From positions 1 to 20,600 of the forward strand of contig JAVJWO010000014.1 in the NCBI GenBank assembly GCA_040222015.1: a DNA stretch of 20,600 nt, in the 5' to 3' direction. The notes beneath the pieces were generated by a model. That model was not told where the DNA came from. It saw nothing but the letters and a program-made list of their open reading frames with translations, and searched no databases. Positions 7,572 to 16,778 of this stretch are shown one piece after another; the stretch's first letter is position 1; each line of letters opens with the position of its first letter. The DNA comes from Coleofasciculus chthonoplastes F2-STO-03 (lineage in GTDB: Bacteria; Cyanobacteriota; Cyanobacteriia; Cyanobacteriales; Coleofasciculaceae). The translations under genes and the position numbers were made by a program.

Positions 7572-7761
7572 AGAGCATACGGCGACTAAAGGATTGTAGG
7601 ATTTCGCTTTCAAAGAATAACGGAGTGGGATCGAATTCTGACAGTTGAGCCTCTGTTAATGGATTCTGATGTCTATTTATAGCTCTAAATGTATCTATCA
7701 TCCCATGGATCTGCTCGATTTGTTCAGGAGTGAGTCCGGTAACATCAAGAGTTGTAGTCAT
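7555..7761 (-). CDS. Putative antitoxin of the PIN toxin
   Basis: 68 aa ORF overlapping the PIN gene start by 17 nt. Confidence 0.7.
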   Translation of the reverse strand: MTTTLDVTGLTPEQIEQIHGMIDTFRAINRHQNPLTEAQLSEFDPTPLFFESEILQSFSRRMLYGNRA

Positions 7762-7827
7762 TTGGGGTTACGATTAGGGGTTATAGATATTTTAGCTGAA
7801 CTAGGCGGACTGGCTCAATTGCTATCG

Positions 7828-9147
7828 TTAATCTTCTAACGGAGTCATTAATTGCAGCGTCACTTCCCGAACGGCTGGTGGTAAAATAAATCGACCCTCC
7901 GACTTCTCCACCAGCGATCGCTGACTCAGAGAACCCAGCGCCCGAATCACTTCCTGGGGCGATGTGTCGCTAAAATGCTGTTGCAGTACTTTAAACGAAA
8001 TCGGCTCTTTTTGGTGAGCCAGATAAACCAATAGTGTTTCTTCTAATTCCGATAAGCGGTCTAAAACTTCCTCAATAAAATCACTAATATCATGAGTAAA
8101 CAACGTCGTTGATAAAAAATCAGTCACGTCACCATCAAAAACTTCCTTAATCGTCGTCGCCACCAACTTGAGCATAAACGGATTACCGCGATAGCCTTGA
8201 ATTAACGGTTGCCATTTTTTCTCGCCAGATAATCCTTTTTCCTTTAAAATCAATCGGGCTGCGTCTCCCAACCCCTCTAACTTAAAGGAACGAATCGGTG
8301 ACGTTTCACCTTCTAATAACGAAATTTCATTCAGTTTTTCCTGAGACGTAATTAATACACAGCTTTGGTGCGGTTCTTCTCCTAAACGTCGGAAAAAATC
8401 ACCATACCCTTCATAGCCTTCTCGGTAAATCCCGGCTAATTTTCCACTTTGTAAAATCGACTCCACACCATCCAAAATGACCAAACAACGATGTTGTCGA
8501 AAATAGTCAATCAACCAGGAAATGCGCTGATCAGGGGTTTTGGGTATTACCGTTTCCGGTTGCTGGGACAAGTCTGGAATTAAAGCGGCGAGAAGATCCG
8601 ACACAGAAGGGGCTTGACGTAGCGATCGCCACCGGATAACCTGAAATTTATCCTGTACCTGTTTCGCCAACTTCACCGATAACGCCGTTTTACCAATACC
8701 ACTCATCCCCAACAGCGCCACCAAACGACAGCGTTCCTGAATAATCCAGCGTTCCAGGGTTTTCAGTTCATCGCCACGCCCGTAGAATACGGAAACATCG
8801 GGTGCTTCACCCCAATCCTGGCGATTTTGCGGTTGAGGTGAGGTAGGGGGGGAACTCGGCGAAACAGGGAGACGGTTTGGGGTATCCTGTTGCTGTTGGA
8901 GATACTCTTGATAGCGGTTAACCAGGATTTGTTGCAATTTGGTCAGCTTAACTGGACCTCTACCCGGAATTTTAAACTTTTGGTATACTTCGCTAAGCCG
9001 CTTACGCACAGCATCCCCACTAATTTGAAGGTGAGACGCGATCGCAGCCGTTCCATGACCCTCCATCGCCAGGGACAAAACCTCTAATTCCGATTTGGAT
9101 AGATTGCGTTCAGTCGCAATGGTTTTGAGAAAATCCTGAGAAATCAC
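7828..9147 (-). CDS. LuxR-type HTH + NB-ARC (STAND) ATPase lacking a C-terminal repeat domain
   Basis: N-terminal LSKSELEVL..IASHLQIS..AVRKRLSEVYQKF; DWGEAPDVSVFYGR; Walker A GMSGIGKT; Walker B LVILDG; GNPFMLKL. Confidence 0.88.
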   Translation of the reverse strand: MISQDFLKTIATERNLSKSELEVLSLAMEGHGTAAIASHLQISGDAVRKRLSEVYQKFKIPGRGPVKLTKLQQILVNRYQEYLQQQQDTPNRLPVSPSSPPTSPQPQNRQDWGEAPDVSVFYGRGDELKTLERWIIQERCRLVALLGMSGIGKTALSVKLAKQVQDKFQVIRWRSLRQAPSVSDLLAALIPDLSQQPETVIPKTPDQRISWLIDYFRQHRCLVILDGVESILQSGKLAGIYREGYEGYGDFFRRLGEEPHQSCVLITSQEKLNEISLLEGETSPIRSFKLEGLGDAARLILKEKGLSGEKKWQPLIQGYRGNPFMLKLVATTIKEVFDGDVTDFLSTTLFTHDISDFIEEVLDRLSELEETLLVYLAHQKEPISFKVLQQHFSDTSPQEVIRALGSLSQRSLVEKSEGRFILPPAVREVTLQLMTPLED

Positions 9148-9675
9148 CGTTCGATGCTCACACTTATAACCTATTTCATCCTTAAGGTTAACTCATATTC
9201 ATGAGGAAAAATAGATTTCGCTCACATCAGTCACTTGAATATGCCCGCAACTGGGTATTGTAAAGTTTCAATAAGAATATAGTCAGATATCGTCATGTTA
9301 CCCCGAACCCCGAAGGGAAATATAGCAGCGATAGACTTGGGCATAAATAGGCTGCAACTTAAAATCAACCGGATTTTACTCCTTTGTTGATTAATGGCAG
9401 ACCGTTAAAAAGCCTAAATAAATTTTAGAACCAAAGTTCATACAATATTTGAGGAAAAGCATTCCCAAATGCGTTTAACCGCTATGGGATAGAGAGGTGC
9501 GTAGTTCACGATTATGAGAATTAATCTCTCAAAGTAAAAGGGAAGGGAATTTCTGAAATGAAATTCAGTCTATCTATACTTAATCTAGTTAAGTTTATTT
9601 CCACCAACCTACTTAGGCGGAGCCTTCTCGTACCCCAGAGGAGAACTAGAAGGGTAGAGTAACCCAACAAAAGAT

Positions 9676-9695
9676 AGGGCTAAAGCCCTTACTAC
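9676..9695 (-). repeat. GTAG-type REP-like repeat
   Basis: Minus strand GTAGTAAGGGCTTTAGCCCT (AGGGCT/AGCCCT hairpin), just downstream of the radical SAM gene. Confidence 0.65.
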
Positions 9696-9709
9696 AAGCC
9701 AAATCGAAT

Positions 9710-11053
9710 CTACCAAATTCGTTGTGCCACACAACGTTCAAGCAATTCCTCAATACCACTAACCACCCAAATTCCGGTTCCAAGCTGATGACTTACCTCT
9801 GCCACAGTCATATCATCTAAAAATCGCGTATCATCATGTTTAAGCATGACTGAAGGCAGTAAAATGCCATCACAGAAGTCTTTTCCTGACAATTGCTTAA
9901 GCAAATCTTGTCCGGTTAATAACCCCGTAACCGTAATCTCTTGTCCCCAATACTCACTCCGTAGCGCTGCTATTTCGACTTGCAATCCCTCAACTTTATT
10001 CAACTGCTGTACTAGCGGAACAAACGCCGTTTCCACTGCATTACCGACCACCCAGGTTAATTGTCGCGCAGGTTCTACACGGGTGGGTAACATCCGCGTT
10101 GCTGTCTCTTGAAATTGTTTAATAAACTGGCGAATTGAACCCACACCATTGCCAATTTGGGGATAATCTTCGTAATGAGATTCTGATGGTAATTCTTGTT
10201 GGGCGATTAAAAACCACTCATCGGCTAACCACGCAAAGGTAGACCCGAATTGTTGGCGAAATTTTGTTTGTAGGCATTGAACTTGCTGGATCACCTCTGC
10301 GGCTTTCTCACGAGTAACAGGAATTAATTCATCCTCTGACGGACGAAAGCGAGTTAATCCCACAGGAACGACAGCAACTGACGCAACAGCCGGAATTTCA
10401 TACTGTTGAAATTGGGCTAAATCTCTCAGGGTTCGTTCCAAGTGAATGCCATCATTAATACCGGGACAAAGCACAACTTGAGCATGAATTTGTAATCGTC
10501 GTTCCTGAAACCATTGCAACTGGTCTAAAATCTGCCCAGCACGAGGATTTTTGAGTAATCGGCTGCGAACCTCCGGTTCGGTGGCGTGGACGGACACATA
10601 CAACGGAGATAGACGCAGGCGTTCGATGCGATTCCATTCGCTTTGAGTGAGGTTGGTTAGGGTTAAGTATGAACCATAGAGGAAACTGAGGCGATAGTCA
10701 TCATCTTTGAGATATAAACTCTGTCGTTTTCCGGGAGGTTGTTGGTCAATGAAGCAAAAAGGACAGCGATTATTACACTGGATTAAGCCATCAAATAAGG
10801 CGGTGGCAAATTCTAAGCCTAAATCCTCGTCGTAGTCTTTCTCAATTTCTACAGAATGGATGTTTCCCGCCGCATCTCGAACTTCTAATTCTAGGAGTTC
10901 ATCGGCACAGAGAAATTGATAGTCAATTAAGTCGCGGGGAGGTGTACCATTAATCGAGATAATGGCGTCACCGGGTTCAAAACCCACCTCAGCCGCGATG
11001 GAGTTGGGGATGACGTTGTTAATTAAAGCTGGACGGATAGAGGTTTCACTCAT
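9710..11053 (-). CDS. PDZ + radical SAM + DUF512 protein (TIGR03279-type)
   Basis: N-terminal PDZ-like SIAAEVGFEPGD; CNNRCPFC FeS motif; KDDDYRLSFLYGSY; VTGLLTGQD. Confidence 0.92.
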   Translation of the reverse strand: MSETSIRPALINNVIPNSIAAEVGFEPGDAIISINGTPPRDLIDYQFLCADELLELEVRDAAGNIHSVEIEKDYDEDLGLEFATALFDGLIQCNNRCPFCFIDQQPPGKRQSLYLKDDDYRLSFLYGSYLTLTNLTQSEWNRIERLRLSPLYVSVHATEPEVRSRLLKNPRAGQILDQLQWFQERRLQIHAQVVLCPGINDGIHLERTLRDLAQFQQYEIPAVASVAVVPVGLTRFRPSEDELIPVTREKAAEVIQQVQCLQTKFRQQFGSTFAWLADEWFLIAQQELPSESHYEDYPQIGNGVGSIRQFIKQFQETATRMLPTRVEPARQLTWVVGNAVETAFVPLVQQLNKVEGLQVEIAALRSEYWGQEITVTGLLTGQDLLKQLSGKDFCDGILLPSVMLKHDDTRFLDDMTVAEVSHQLGTGIWVVSGIEELLERCVAQRIW

Positions 11054-11087
11054 GGGAAAGGGAACAGGGAACAGGGAACAGGGAATT
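11054..11087 (+). repeat. STRR-type heptamer array (GGGAACA)x3 plus degenerate flanks
   Basis: Fills the whole gap between the hypothetical gene stop and the radical SAM start. Confidence 0.9.
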
Positions 11088-11635
11088 CAAAATTCTAGTT
11101 CTTGAACGCCATTGGGTGTAATTTGATACCCCCATTCTGGATGCTGTGAAATTGCCCGTTCGATTTCGGGTCGAAGAATGGGATCTGCCATGAATTGGGC
11201 AATGGTGGTGAGATCGGGACGTTGACCATAGAGACGCAGACGGTGCCACGGTTTAAATCGGGTTGGGGTTTTGGAGGGATGGCAAGAATGTTTCACCAAG
11301 TCACACAATCGGCGGTAGTTCTCTTGTCGTTGTTCTGGAGTATGTCCAGTATCAAAGTCAGACGCCGTGAATAGAGGTAATTTGGGGGGATTGGCAATGT
11401 TTCGCGGTTTCCAACCGTAGCGTAGGGCTTTGATTAGATAATCATTCGGTTTCTCAAGTAGTCCCTTGGCGCAATACTCGATGAAGGCTTGAATCGATGG
11501 TTCTAAATTGTGGGCATAGTTGTAGATTATTTGTTTGAGATGTTCATCATTGAGTTTAACACCTAGCTTTTCTAACTCAGCTTGGTATTGGAGAATAATA
11601 TCGACGTGACCGGGATCAAGTTCTAGAAAGTCCAT
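11087..11635 (-). CDS. Hypothetical protein (182 aa)
   Basis: ATG-initiated ORF filling the intergenic space, co-oriented with neighbours; no family recognised. Confidence 0.65.
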   Translation of the reverse strand: MDFLELDPGHVDIILQYQAELEKLGVKLNDEHLKQIIYNYAHNLEPSIQAFIEYCAKGLLEKPNDYLIKALRYGWKPRNIANPPKLPLFTASDFDTGHTPEQRQENYRRLCDLVKHSCHPSKTPTRFKPWHRLRLYGQRPDLTTIAQFMADPILRPEIERAISQHPEWGYQITPNGVQELEF

Positions 11636-11701
11636 CTGATAATTTTGCGACTAGACGCCCACTCCTAATCATAAAGGTATAAAGAAAACCTTACCCCACC
11701 G

Positions 11702-11731
11702 TGTAGAGACGCGCCATGGCGCGTCTCTACA
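11702..11731. repeat. Perfect 30-bp palindrome, GTAG-type REP-like
   Basis: TGTAGAGACGCGCCATGGCGCGTCTCTACA is its own reverse complement; lies just downstream of the ABC operon. Confidence 0.92.
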
Positions 11732-11758
11732 TTTTCAAGAAATTGGGGATCGGGTAGA

Positions 11759-12853
11759 TTAAGAATGATGGGTTAAGCGATCGCCTGATTCGACATCAAA
11801 CCAGTGCATTGTTTTCTCCGGTAGGGCTAGAGTCACCGTATCTTCTTCACCATCCCAGTAGTTATCAGCGGCTAACAACGCCCGAATCGTCTTGCCTTCT
11901 GACCCGTCTGATCCCTGCACTCGCACGCTGATCAGTTTTTCTTTGCCCATATCTTCGACTAAATAGACGTTACCCTTGATGATCTGTTCGTCTCCTGCCT
12001 TGGCAATCCGCACATTTTCGGGACGAATACCCATGACAATTTGGCGCGGTTTTTTTCGCAGGTTAGGCAGTTTCAGTTTAAAGTTACCCAAAATAGCATA
12101 ATTTTCCTGACAGCTAAGGGTGAGTAGGTTCATTTGGGGACTGCCCATGAAACTGGCAACAAAACTATTTGCTGGGTAGGTATAAATCTGATAGGGGGTA
12201 TCAAGCTGTTGCAAGACGCCCTCGTAAAGCAAGGCAATGCGAGTCGAGAGCGTCATTGCCTCGGTTTGGTCGTGGGTAACATAGACGACGGGTTTGTTTT
12301 GGGATTTAAACAGTTGCTTGAGTTCCGCCCGCACTTGTTCTCGCAGTAAGGCATCTAAATTACTCAAGGGTTCATCTAATAAAAAGACTTCTGGTTCCCG
12401 AACTAAGGCGCGGGCAACTGCTACCCGTTGCCGTTGTCCACCGGAAAGTTGACCGGGTTTGCGTTCGAGTAAGGCGCGGTCTAAATCCAGCTTGATAATT
12501 ACATCATCAATGCGCTTACGGATTTCTTCGCTAGGAGTGTTCCGGATTCTTAGGGAGGCGCTGATATTTTCCTCCACCGTCATGTGAGGATAGAGGGCGT
12601 AACTCTGGAAAACCATGGCAATATTGCGATCGCCTGGAGGAACACCGTTAACCGTTTGTCCACTGATCACTACTCGACCCTTGGTTGGTGTTTCCAATCC
12701 GGCAATTAATCGCAGCAATGTGGATTTACCACAGCCAGAGGGTCCGATAAATGTCATGAACTCGCCATCTTCGACATCTAGGCTAATGTCTTTAATCGGT
12801 ACCGTTTTGGGATTGTATTCTTTGCGTAGATTCTGGAGTTCGAGTTTTGCCAT
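11759..12853 (-). CDS. Carbohydrate ABC transporter ATP-binding subunit (MalK-like)
   Basis: [44 protein letters not shown]-terminal TOBE region. Confidence 0.95.
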   Translation of the reverse strand: MAKLELQNLRKEYNPKTVPIKDISLDVEDGEFMTFIGPSGCGKSTLLRLIAGLETPTKGRVVISGQTVNGVPPGDRNIAMVFQSYALYPHMTVEENISASLRIRNTPSEEIRKRIDDVIIKLDLDRALLERKPGQLSGGQRQRVAVARALVREPEVFLLDEPLSNLDALLREQVRAELKQLFKSQNKPVVYVTHDQTEAMTLSTRIALLYEGVLQQLDTPYQIYTYPANSFVASFMGSPQMNLLTLSCQENYAILGNFKLKLPNLRKKPRQIVMGIRPENVRIAKAGDEQIIKGNVYLVEDMGKEKLISVRVQGSDGSEGKTIRALLAADNYWDGEEDTVTLALPEKTMHWFDVESGDRLTHHS

Positions 12854-12901
12854 GATTTTTGCCTGTTGAATTTTGAATGGAAGCGTGTCAAGGAAACTTG
12901 A

Positions 12902-12967
12902 GTAAAGGGCGACCCGATTTTATTGAATGGACACCGTTGTTAGTTGGTGCAAGCGGGTAGCCCCTAC
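12902..12967. repeat. Imperfect inverted repeat of GTAG-type arms with a long spacer
   Basis: GTAAAGGGCGACCCG (12902-12916) and CGGGTAGCCCCTAC (12954-12967). Confidence 0.65.
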
Positions 12968-12971
12968 AACC

Positions 12972-13895
12972 TCATCCTTTAACTGCCCCAGCCGTGATGC
13001 CCTGAACAATACGACGCTGGAAGAGGAGGACTAACAGAATCAGGGGGAGCGTTCCAGCTACTGTCGCTGCCGCGATCGGACCGTAAGGAATTTCAAAGAC
13101 AGAGGTTCCGCCGATTTGAGCTACCTTGACTGGAATAGTTTTCATTTCATCTCGCGTAATAAAGGTTAAGGCAAAGATAAATTCATTCCAAGCAAAAATA
13201 AACGTGAGAATTCCCGTCGTTACCAGGGCAGGGACAGTCATCGGTAGAACAATTTTCAACAGCATTTGTACTGTGTTATAGCCATCAACCTGGGCGGAAT
13301 CTTCTAGATCCTTGGGAAGTTGTTGAAAGAAACTTCGCAATACCAAAATAGTTAGGGGTAAATTAATTCCGGTATAGGGAACAATGAGGGCAATATAGTT
13401 ATTCCCCAAGCCTAACAGTTTTACTACCTCTAAGAGTCCCAGGAATAGTAGCACGTAGGGAAAGAGACTGACGATAAGAACGCAGGCTAAAACAATTCGC
13501 TCTCCGGGAATTCGTAACCGTGCTAAGGCATAAGCAGCGGGCGCTCCAGCGATTAAACACAAGAATGTTGAAGTTAACGAAACCAAGGCGCTATTAAAAA
13601 TGTAGCGTGTGAAGGAGTAGTTCTCACCAAATATATTAAACAGGTGCTTGGGGAAGGGATAGCGCTCCAAGTTAAATATGTCAACATAGTGATTCCAAGT
13701 CAGTTGTTCAGGCGAGGGGAAATAGACATTAGGAATTGTTGAAATTGCATCATTTATCTTGAACGAGGTCAGCAGTTGCCAAAGGGCTGGCGCTAGGCAA
13801 AAGATTAGGGTTAATACCACACCAAACCAGAGGAGAATTGGCTTGGTATTGATTCGTGACTTTTTTTGTGATGATGAGTCTTGAGCGATTGCCAT
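12972..13895 (-). CDS. Carbohydrate ABC transporter permease (MalG-like)
   Basis: LPKDLEDSAQVDG EAA loop, FIFAWNEF, ends GITAGAVKG. Confidence 0.94.
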   Translation of the reverse strand: MAIAQDSSSQKKSRINTKPILLWFGVVLTLIFCLAPALWQLLTSFKINDAISTIPNVYFPSPEQLTWNHYVDIFNLERYPFPKHLFNIFGENYSFTRYIFNSALVSLTSTFLCLIAGAPAAYALARLRIPGERIVLACVLIVSLFPYVLLFLGLLEVVKLLGLGNNYIALIVPYTGINLPLTILVLRSFFQQLPKDLEDSAQVDGYNTVQMLLKIVLPMTVPALVTTGILTFIFAWNEFIFALTFITRDEMKTIPVKVAQIGGTSVFEIPYGPIAAATVAGTLPLILLVLLFQRRIVQGITAGAVKG

Positions 13896-13902
13896 AATTA
13901 AT

Positions 13903-14808
13903 CTATTGGTCTCCTAAAACATTAATCCGGGTTTTTGAGAGCAAAAAGCCAACAATTGCCACAGCGATAACTAGCAAGAGGAAGGTGACGACAACTAAAG
14001 CTGCACCGTAACCAAAGTCTAGATAGCGTCTCACGGTATCGTAAATATACAGTGAAATCATTTCCGTGGCATTCGCTGGACCCCCTCCTGTCATCACCAG
14101 TATGAGGTCAAAAATCCCGAAGGCTTGAGCGAATCGAAACAGGAGGGCAATTAAAATTTGAGGGGTGAGTAGGGGTAATGTAATTTGGACAAAACTTTGG
14201 ACTGGAGACGCCCCATCAATTGCATGGGCTTCGTAAAGATCCTTAGAAATTGATTGCAATCCTGCTAACAGGATAATCGCGAAAAAAGGTGTTGTTTTCC
14301 AGACATCAGCGGCAATTAAAGCAATCATTGCCGGAATCGGTTCACCTAACCAAGTGATCGGATCAACGGCGGGCAAGAATCGCAAAATATCATTGGCAAC
14401 GCCAAACTGGTCATTAAAAATCCATGCCCAGGCTAATCCCATGACGGCGGTGGGTAATGCCCAGGGAATTAGGGCGGCGGTGCGAACTAAACCGCGTCCG
14501 AAAAAGGCTTGATTGAGAATTAAGGCAATTGCCATTCCCAATACTAATTCAATCACAATGGAGGACAGGGTAAACACCGTTGTGTGCCACATACTTTGCC
14601 AAAAGCGTCCATCACCTACTAGCCGCACATAATTGGCAAAGCCAGCAAATTCTGGCTTTAACTCAGTACCTAAATTTTGATTGAATAAACTTAACCAAAA
14701 TGCCCGTCCAATGGGATAGGCAAACACCATTAGCAAGATCAGGATGGCGAGTAGGGTGAGTAACCAACCTGTTCGTATCTCTCGTTGCCGAATTGAAGCT
14801 TGTTTCAT
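13903..14808 (-). CDS. Carbohydrate ABC transporter permease (MalF/UgpA-like)
   Basis: DVWKTTPF, LYEAHAIDGA EAA loop, MTGGGPANAT. Confidence 0.94.
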   Translation of the reverse strand: MKQASIRQREIRTGWLLTLLAILILLMVFAYPIGRAFWLSLFNQNLGTELKPEFAGFANYVRLVGDGRFWQSMWHTTVFTLSSIVIELVLGMAIALILNQAFFGRGLVRTAALIPWALPTAVMGLAWAWIFNDQFGVANDILRFLPAVDPITWLGEPIPAMIALIAADVWKTTPFFAIILLAGLQSISKDLYEAHAIDGASPVQSFVQITLPLLTPQILIALLFRFAQAFGIFDLILVMTGGGPANATEMISLYIYDTVRRYLDFGYGAALVVVTFLLLVIAVAIVGFLLSKTRINVLGDQ

Positions 14809-14852
14809 CGTAATCTGATTGACTTACACGCCGTTAAACGTACTACAGAATC

Positions 14853-16157
14853 TTAATTACCTAAAAGTCTTCGCGTTTCCTGGGCGGCTCGATTCATCGC
14901 TTTTTCAGGCGTCAGTGTTTGCGTAATCGCCGCACTGAGATAACGCTGTAAAATATCTGAGGCTTGGGCATATTGGGCGATGGGAGGACGCAGAACTGCC
15001 TTTTCCAGGACTTCTAACATTTGGGGAAAGTAACTATATTTAGCCACCAGTTCGGGATCGGTATAGAGTGATTTTAAAGCGGGGGTATAACCGTTGGCGA
15101 GACTGAATTCTTTTTGTATGTCTAGACGGTTAAAAAATTCAATCACTTTCCAGGCTTCGTCAGCGTGTTGCGTGGATTTAGAAATCCCCAATCCCCATCC
15201 ACCTTGGCAAGCGCCACTGCTATCTGCGGGTTGGTGTACCATTGGCTTAATCGCAAATTGACCTGCAATTTCTGAGTCGGCGGCTAACGAGTAAACGTAG
15301 GGCCAATTCCGTAAGAAAATAACGTCACCATTTTGAAATAAACGACGGGTTTCTTCTTCGGCGTAGGTGGTAACACCGGGAGGAGAAACATCTTTTTCAA
15401 TGGTATTCAGTAAAAATTCGACCGCTTGAATTGCTTCTGGCTGATCAAGTCCGACTTCTAGAGTATCTGGATTCACCCAAAAGGCACCAAATCCTTCCAG
15501 GATTTCCACAAACATGGCAGATAAACCTTCGTACTGCTTTCCTTGCCATACATACCCCCATTTAACGCCTGTTTGCTGTTGCAGGGCTTGGGAGATTTGC
15601 ATGAGTTCGGCAAAGGTTTCTGGAGGTTCGTATCCACCTTTGGCTAGTAAATCAGTACGGTAGTAGAGCATACCTCCGTCGGAACGGAAGGGCATCCGAT
15701 ACAGTTCATCTTTATAGCGTCCGCCTTCTACATCGCCTTGCATAAACTTCGATAATTGGGCTTGAGAAACCCGGTCAGATAGAGGCATTAACCATCCGGC
15801 GGCAGCAAATTTTGGTACCCAAACAATGTCTAGATAAACTAGATCATAAGGTGAATCACCGAGTAAAAACGCTGAAGTATAGAGGTCTTCGACTAAGTTT
15901 GTTTCATTGGGACCTTCAAGGATTTCTAGATTGATCGTGGGATTTTCTTCTTCAAACTTATCAACAAAGGGTTGCCACTGAGAGGCTTCAATGGCGCTCA
16001 TCAATACTTGAACCTTAACGGGTTGTTGAGTCAAGGCGGGAATAATGAGAAATTGAATCGTGGCAATTGTGGCAATCAGTAAGATGAAAAAACGAGGGAT
16101 TTTTTTGATTCTGAAGATGCCTCGTTTGAGTTTGCCCAAGTGCTGATTAATGTTCAT
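14853..16157 (-). CDS. Carbohydrate ABC transporter substrate-binding protein
   Basis: Basic then hydrophobic N-terminus; DIVWVPKFA, LYYRTDLL, FLRNWPY, GGWGLGI; start at ATG 16157 preferred over TTG 16223 but uncertain. Confidence 0.92.
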   Translation of the reverse strand: MNINQHLGKLKRGIFRIKKIPRFFILLIATIATIQFLIIPALTQQPVKVQVLMSAIEASQWQPFVDKFEEENPTINLEILEGPNETNLVEDLYTSAFLLGDSPYDLVYLDIVWVPKFAAAGWLMPLSDRVSQAQLSKFMQGDVEGGRYKDELYRMPFRSDGGMLYYRTDLLAKGGYEPPETFAELMQISQALQQQTGVKWGYVWQGKQYEGLSAMFVEILEGFGAFWVNPDTLEVGLDQPEAIQAVEFLLNTIEKDVSPPGVTTYAEEETRRLFQNGDVIFLRNWPYVYSLAADSEIAGQFAIKPMVHQPADSSGACQGGWGLGISKSTQHADEAWKVIEFFNRLDIQKEFSLANGYTPALKSLYTDPELVAKYSYFPQMLEVLEKAVLRPPIAQYAQASDILQRYLSAAITQTLTPEKAMNRAAQETRRLLGN

Positions 16158-16467
16158 GGGATACTCTGACCATTCAATAGGGTTCAATTTACCTGTGTGA
16201 TGACGATGACAGACTGTCTCCAACAGGATTACTTATAAGCTTCAGCCTCATTGTAGCTAACGCTTATGAAACCCTCGATCTCATCGCTCGATTTGACGAG
16301 ATGTTACTCTAGGTGAGGGTTGGATGTAAAGCAATGAAACTTAAGTTTATTTAAGTTAACATTTTCAGGAGGATCATTCAGACAAAATCGGCTAAGTCTG
16401 TCGATTCGCGGGTGTAAAAGAATACTTTTAGCATATTTTGCGAACATAATCATACCTCGATAGTTGG

Positions 16468-16494
16468 TTGACATTATGCAGGAAGGGTTATAAT
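16468..16494 (+). promoter_or_regulatory. Consensus -35/-10 hexamers with a short spacer
   Basis: TTGACA (16468-16473) - 15 nt - TATAAT (16489-16494). Confidence 0.45.
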
Positions 16495-16512
16495 ATGTAG
16501 GTCATTGGTCAT

Positions 16513-16538
16513 ACTCGCTTTCGCGAGAAGCAAGCTAC
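16513..16538 (-). repeat. 26-nt small dispersed repeat-like insert flanked by GTCAT
   Basis: Minus strand GTAGCTTGCTTCTCGCGAAAGCGAGT; CTCGC-GAAA-GCGAG hairpin; GTCAT at 16508-16512 and 16539-16543. Confidence 0.6.
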
Positions 16539-16778
16539 GTCATTCGCCAGACTCGCTTAAATGAAATCAGTGGCTATGCTTTTTTAGAATTTTACCTAAT
16601 CAATTAGCCCAGCCAAGGGTTTGGGTAAAATGACTGATTTTTTCCTATATTTTCCCCGGTTGACCTTAATTAATCCGATTTCTTAGGATATCAGAGTAGC
16701 GATCGCATGAGACAGGATTGAGCCAACCCCGATGATCCAACGATATACACTGGGAGAATAACCCTTTCCGACAAGTAG

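Noticed and set aside
7572..7613. PIN ORF start at 7613
   Set aside because: Deep inside the antitoxin gene; ATG 7571 fits the PIN first strand better.
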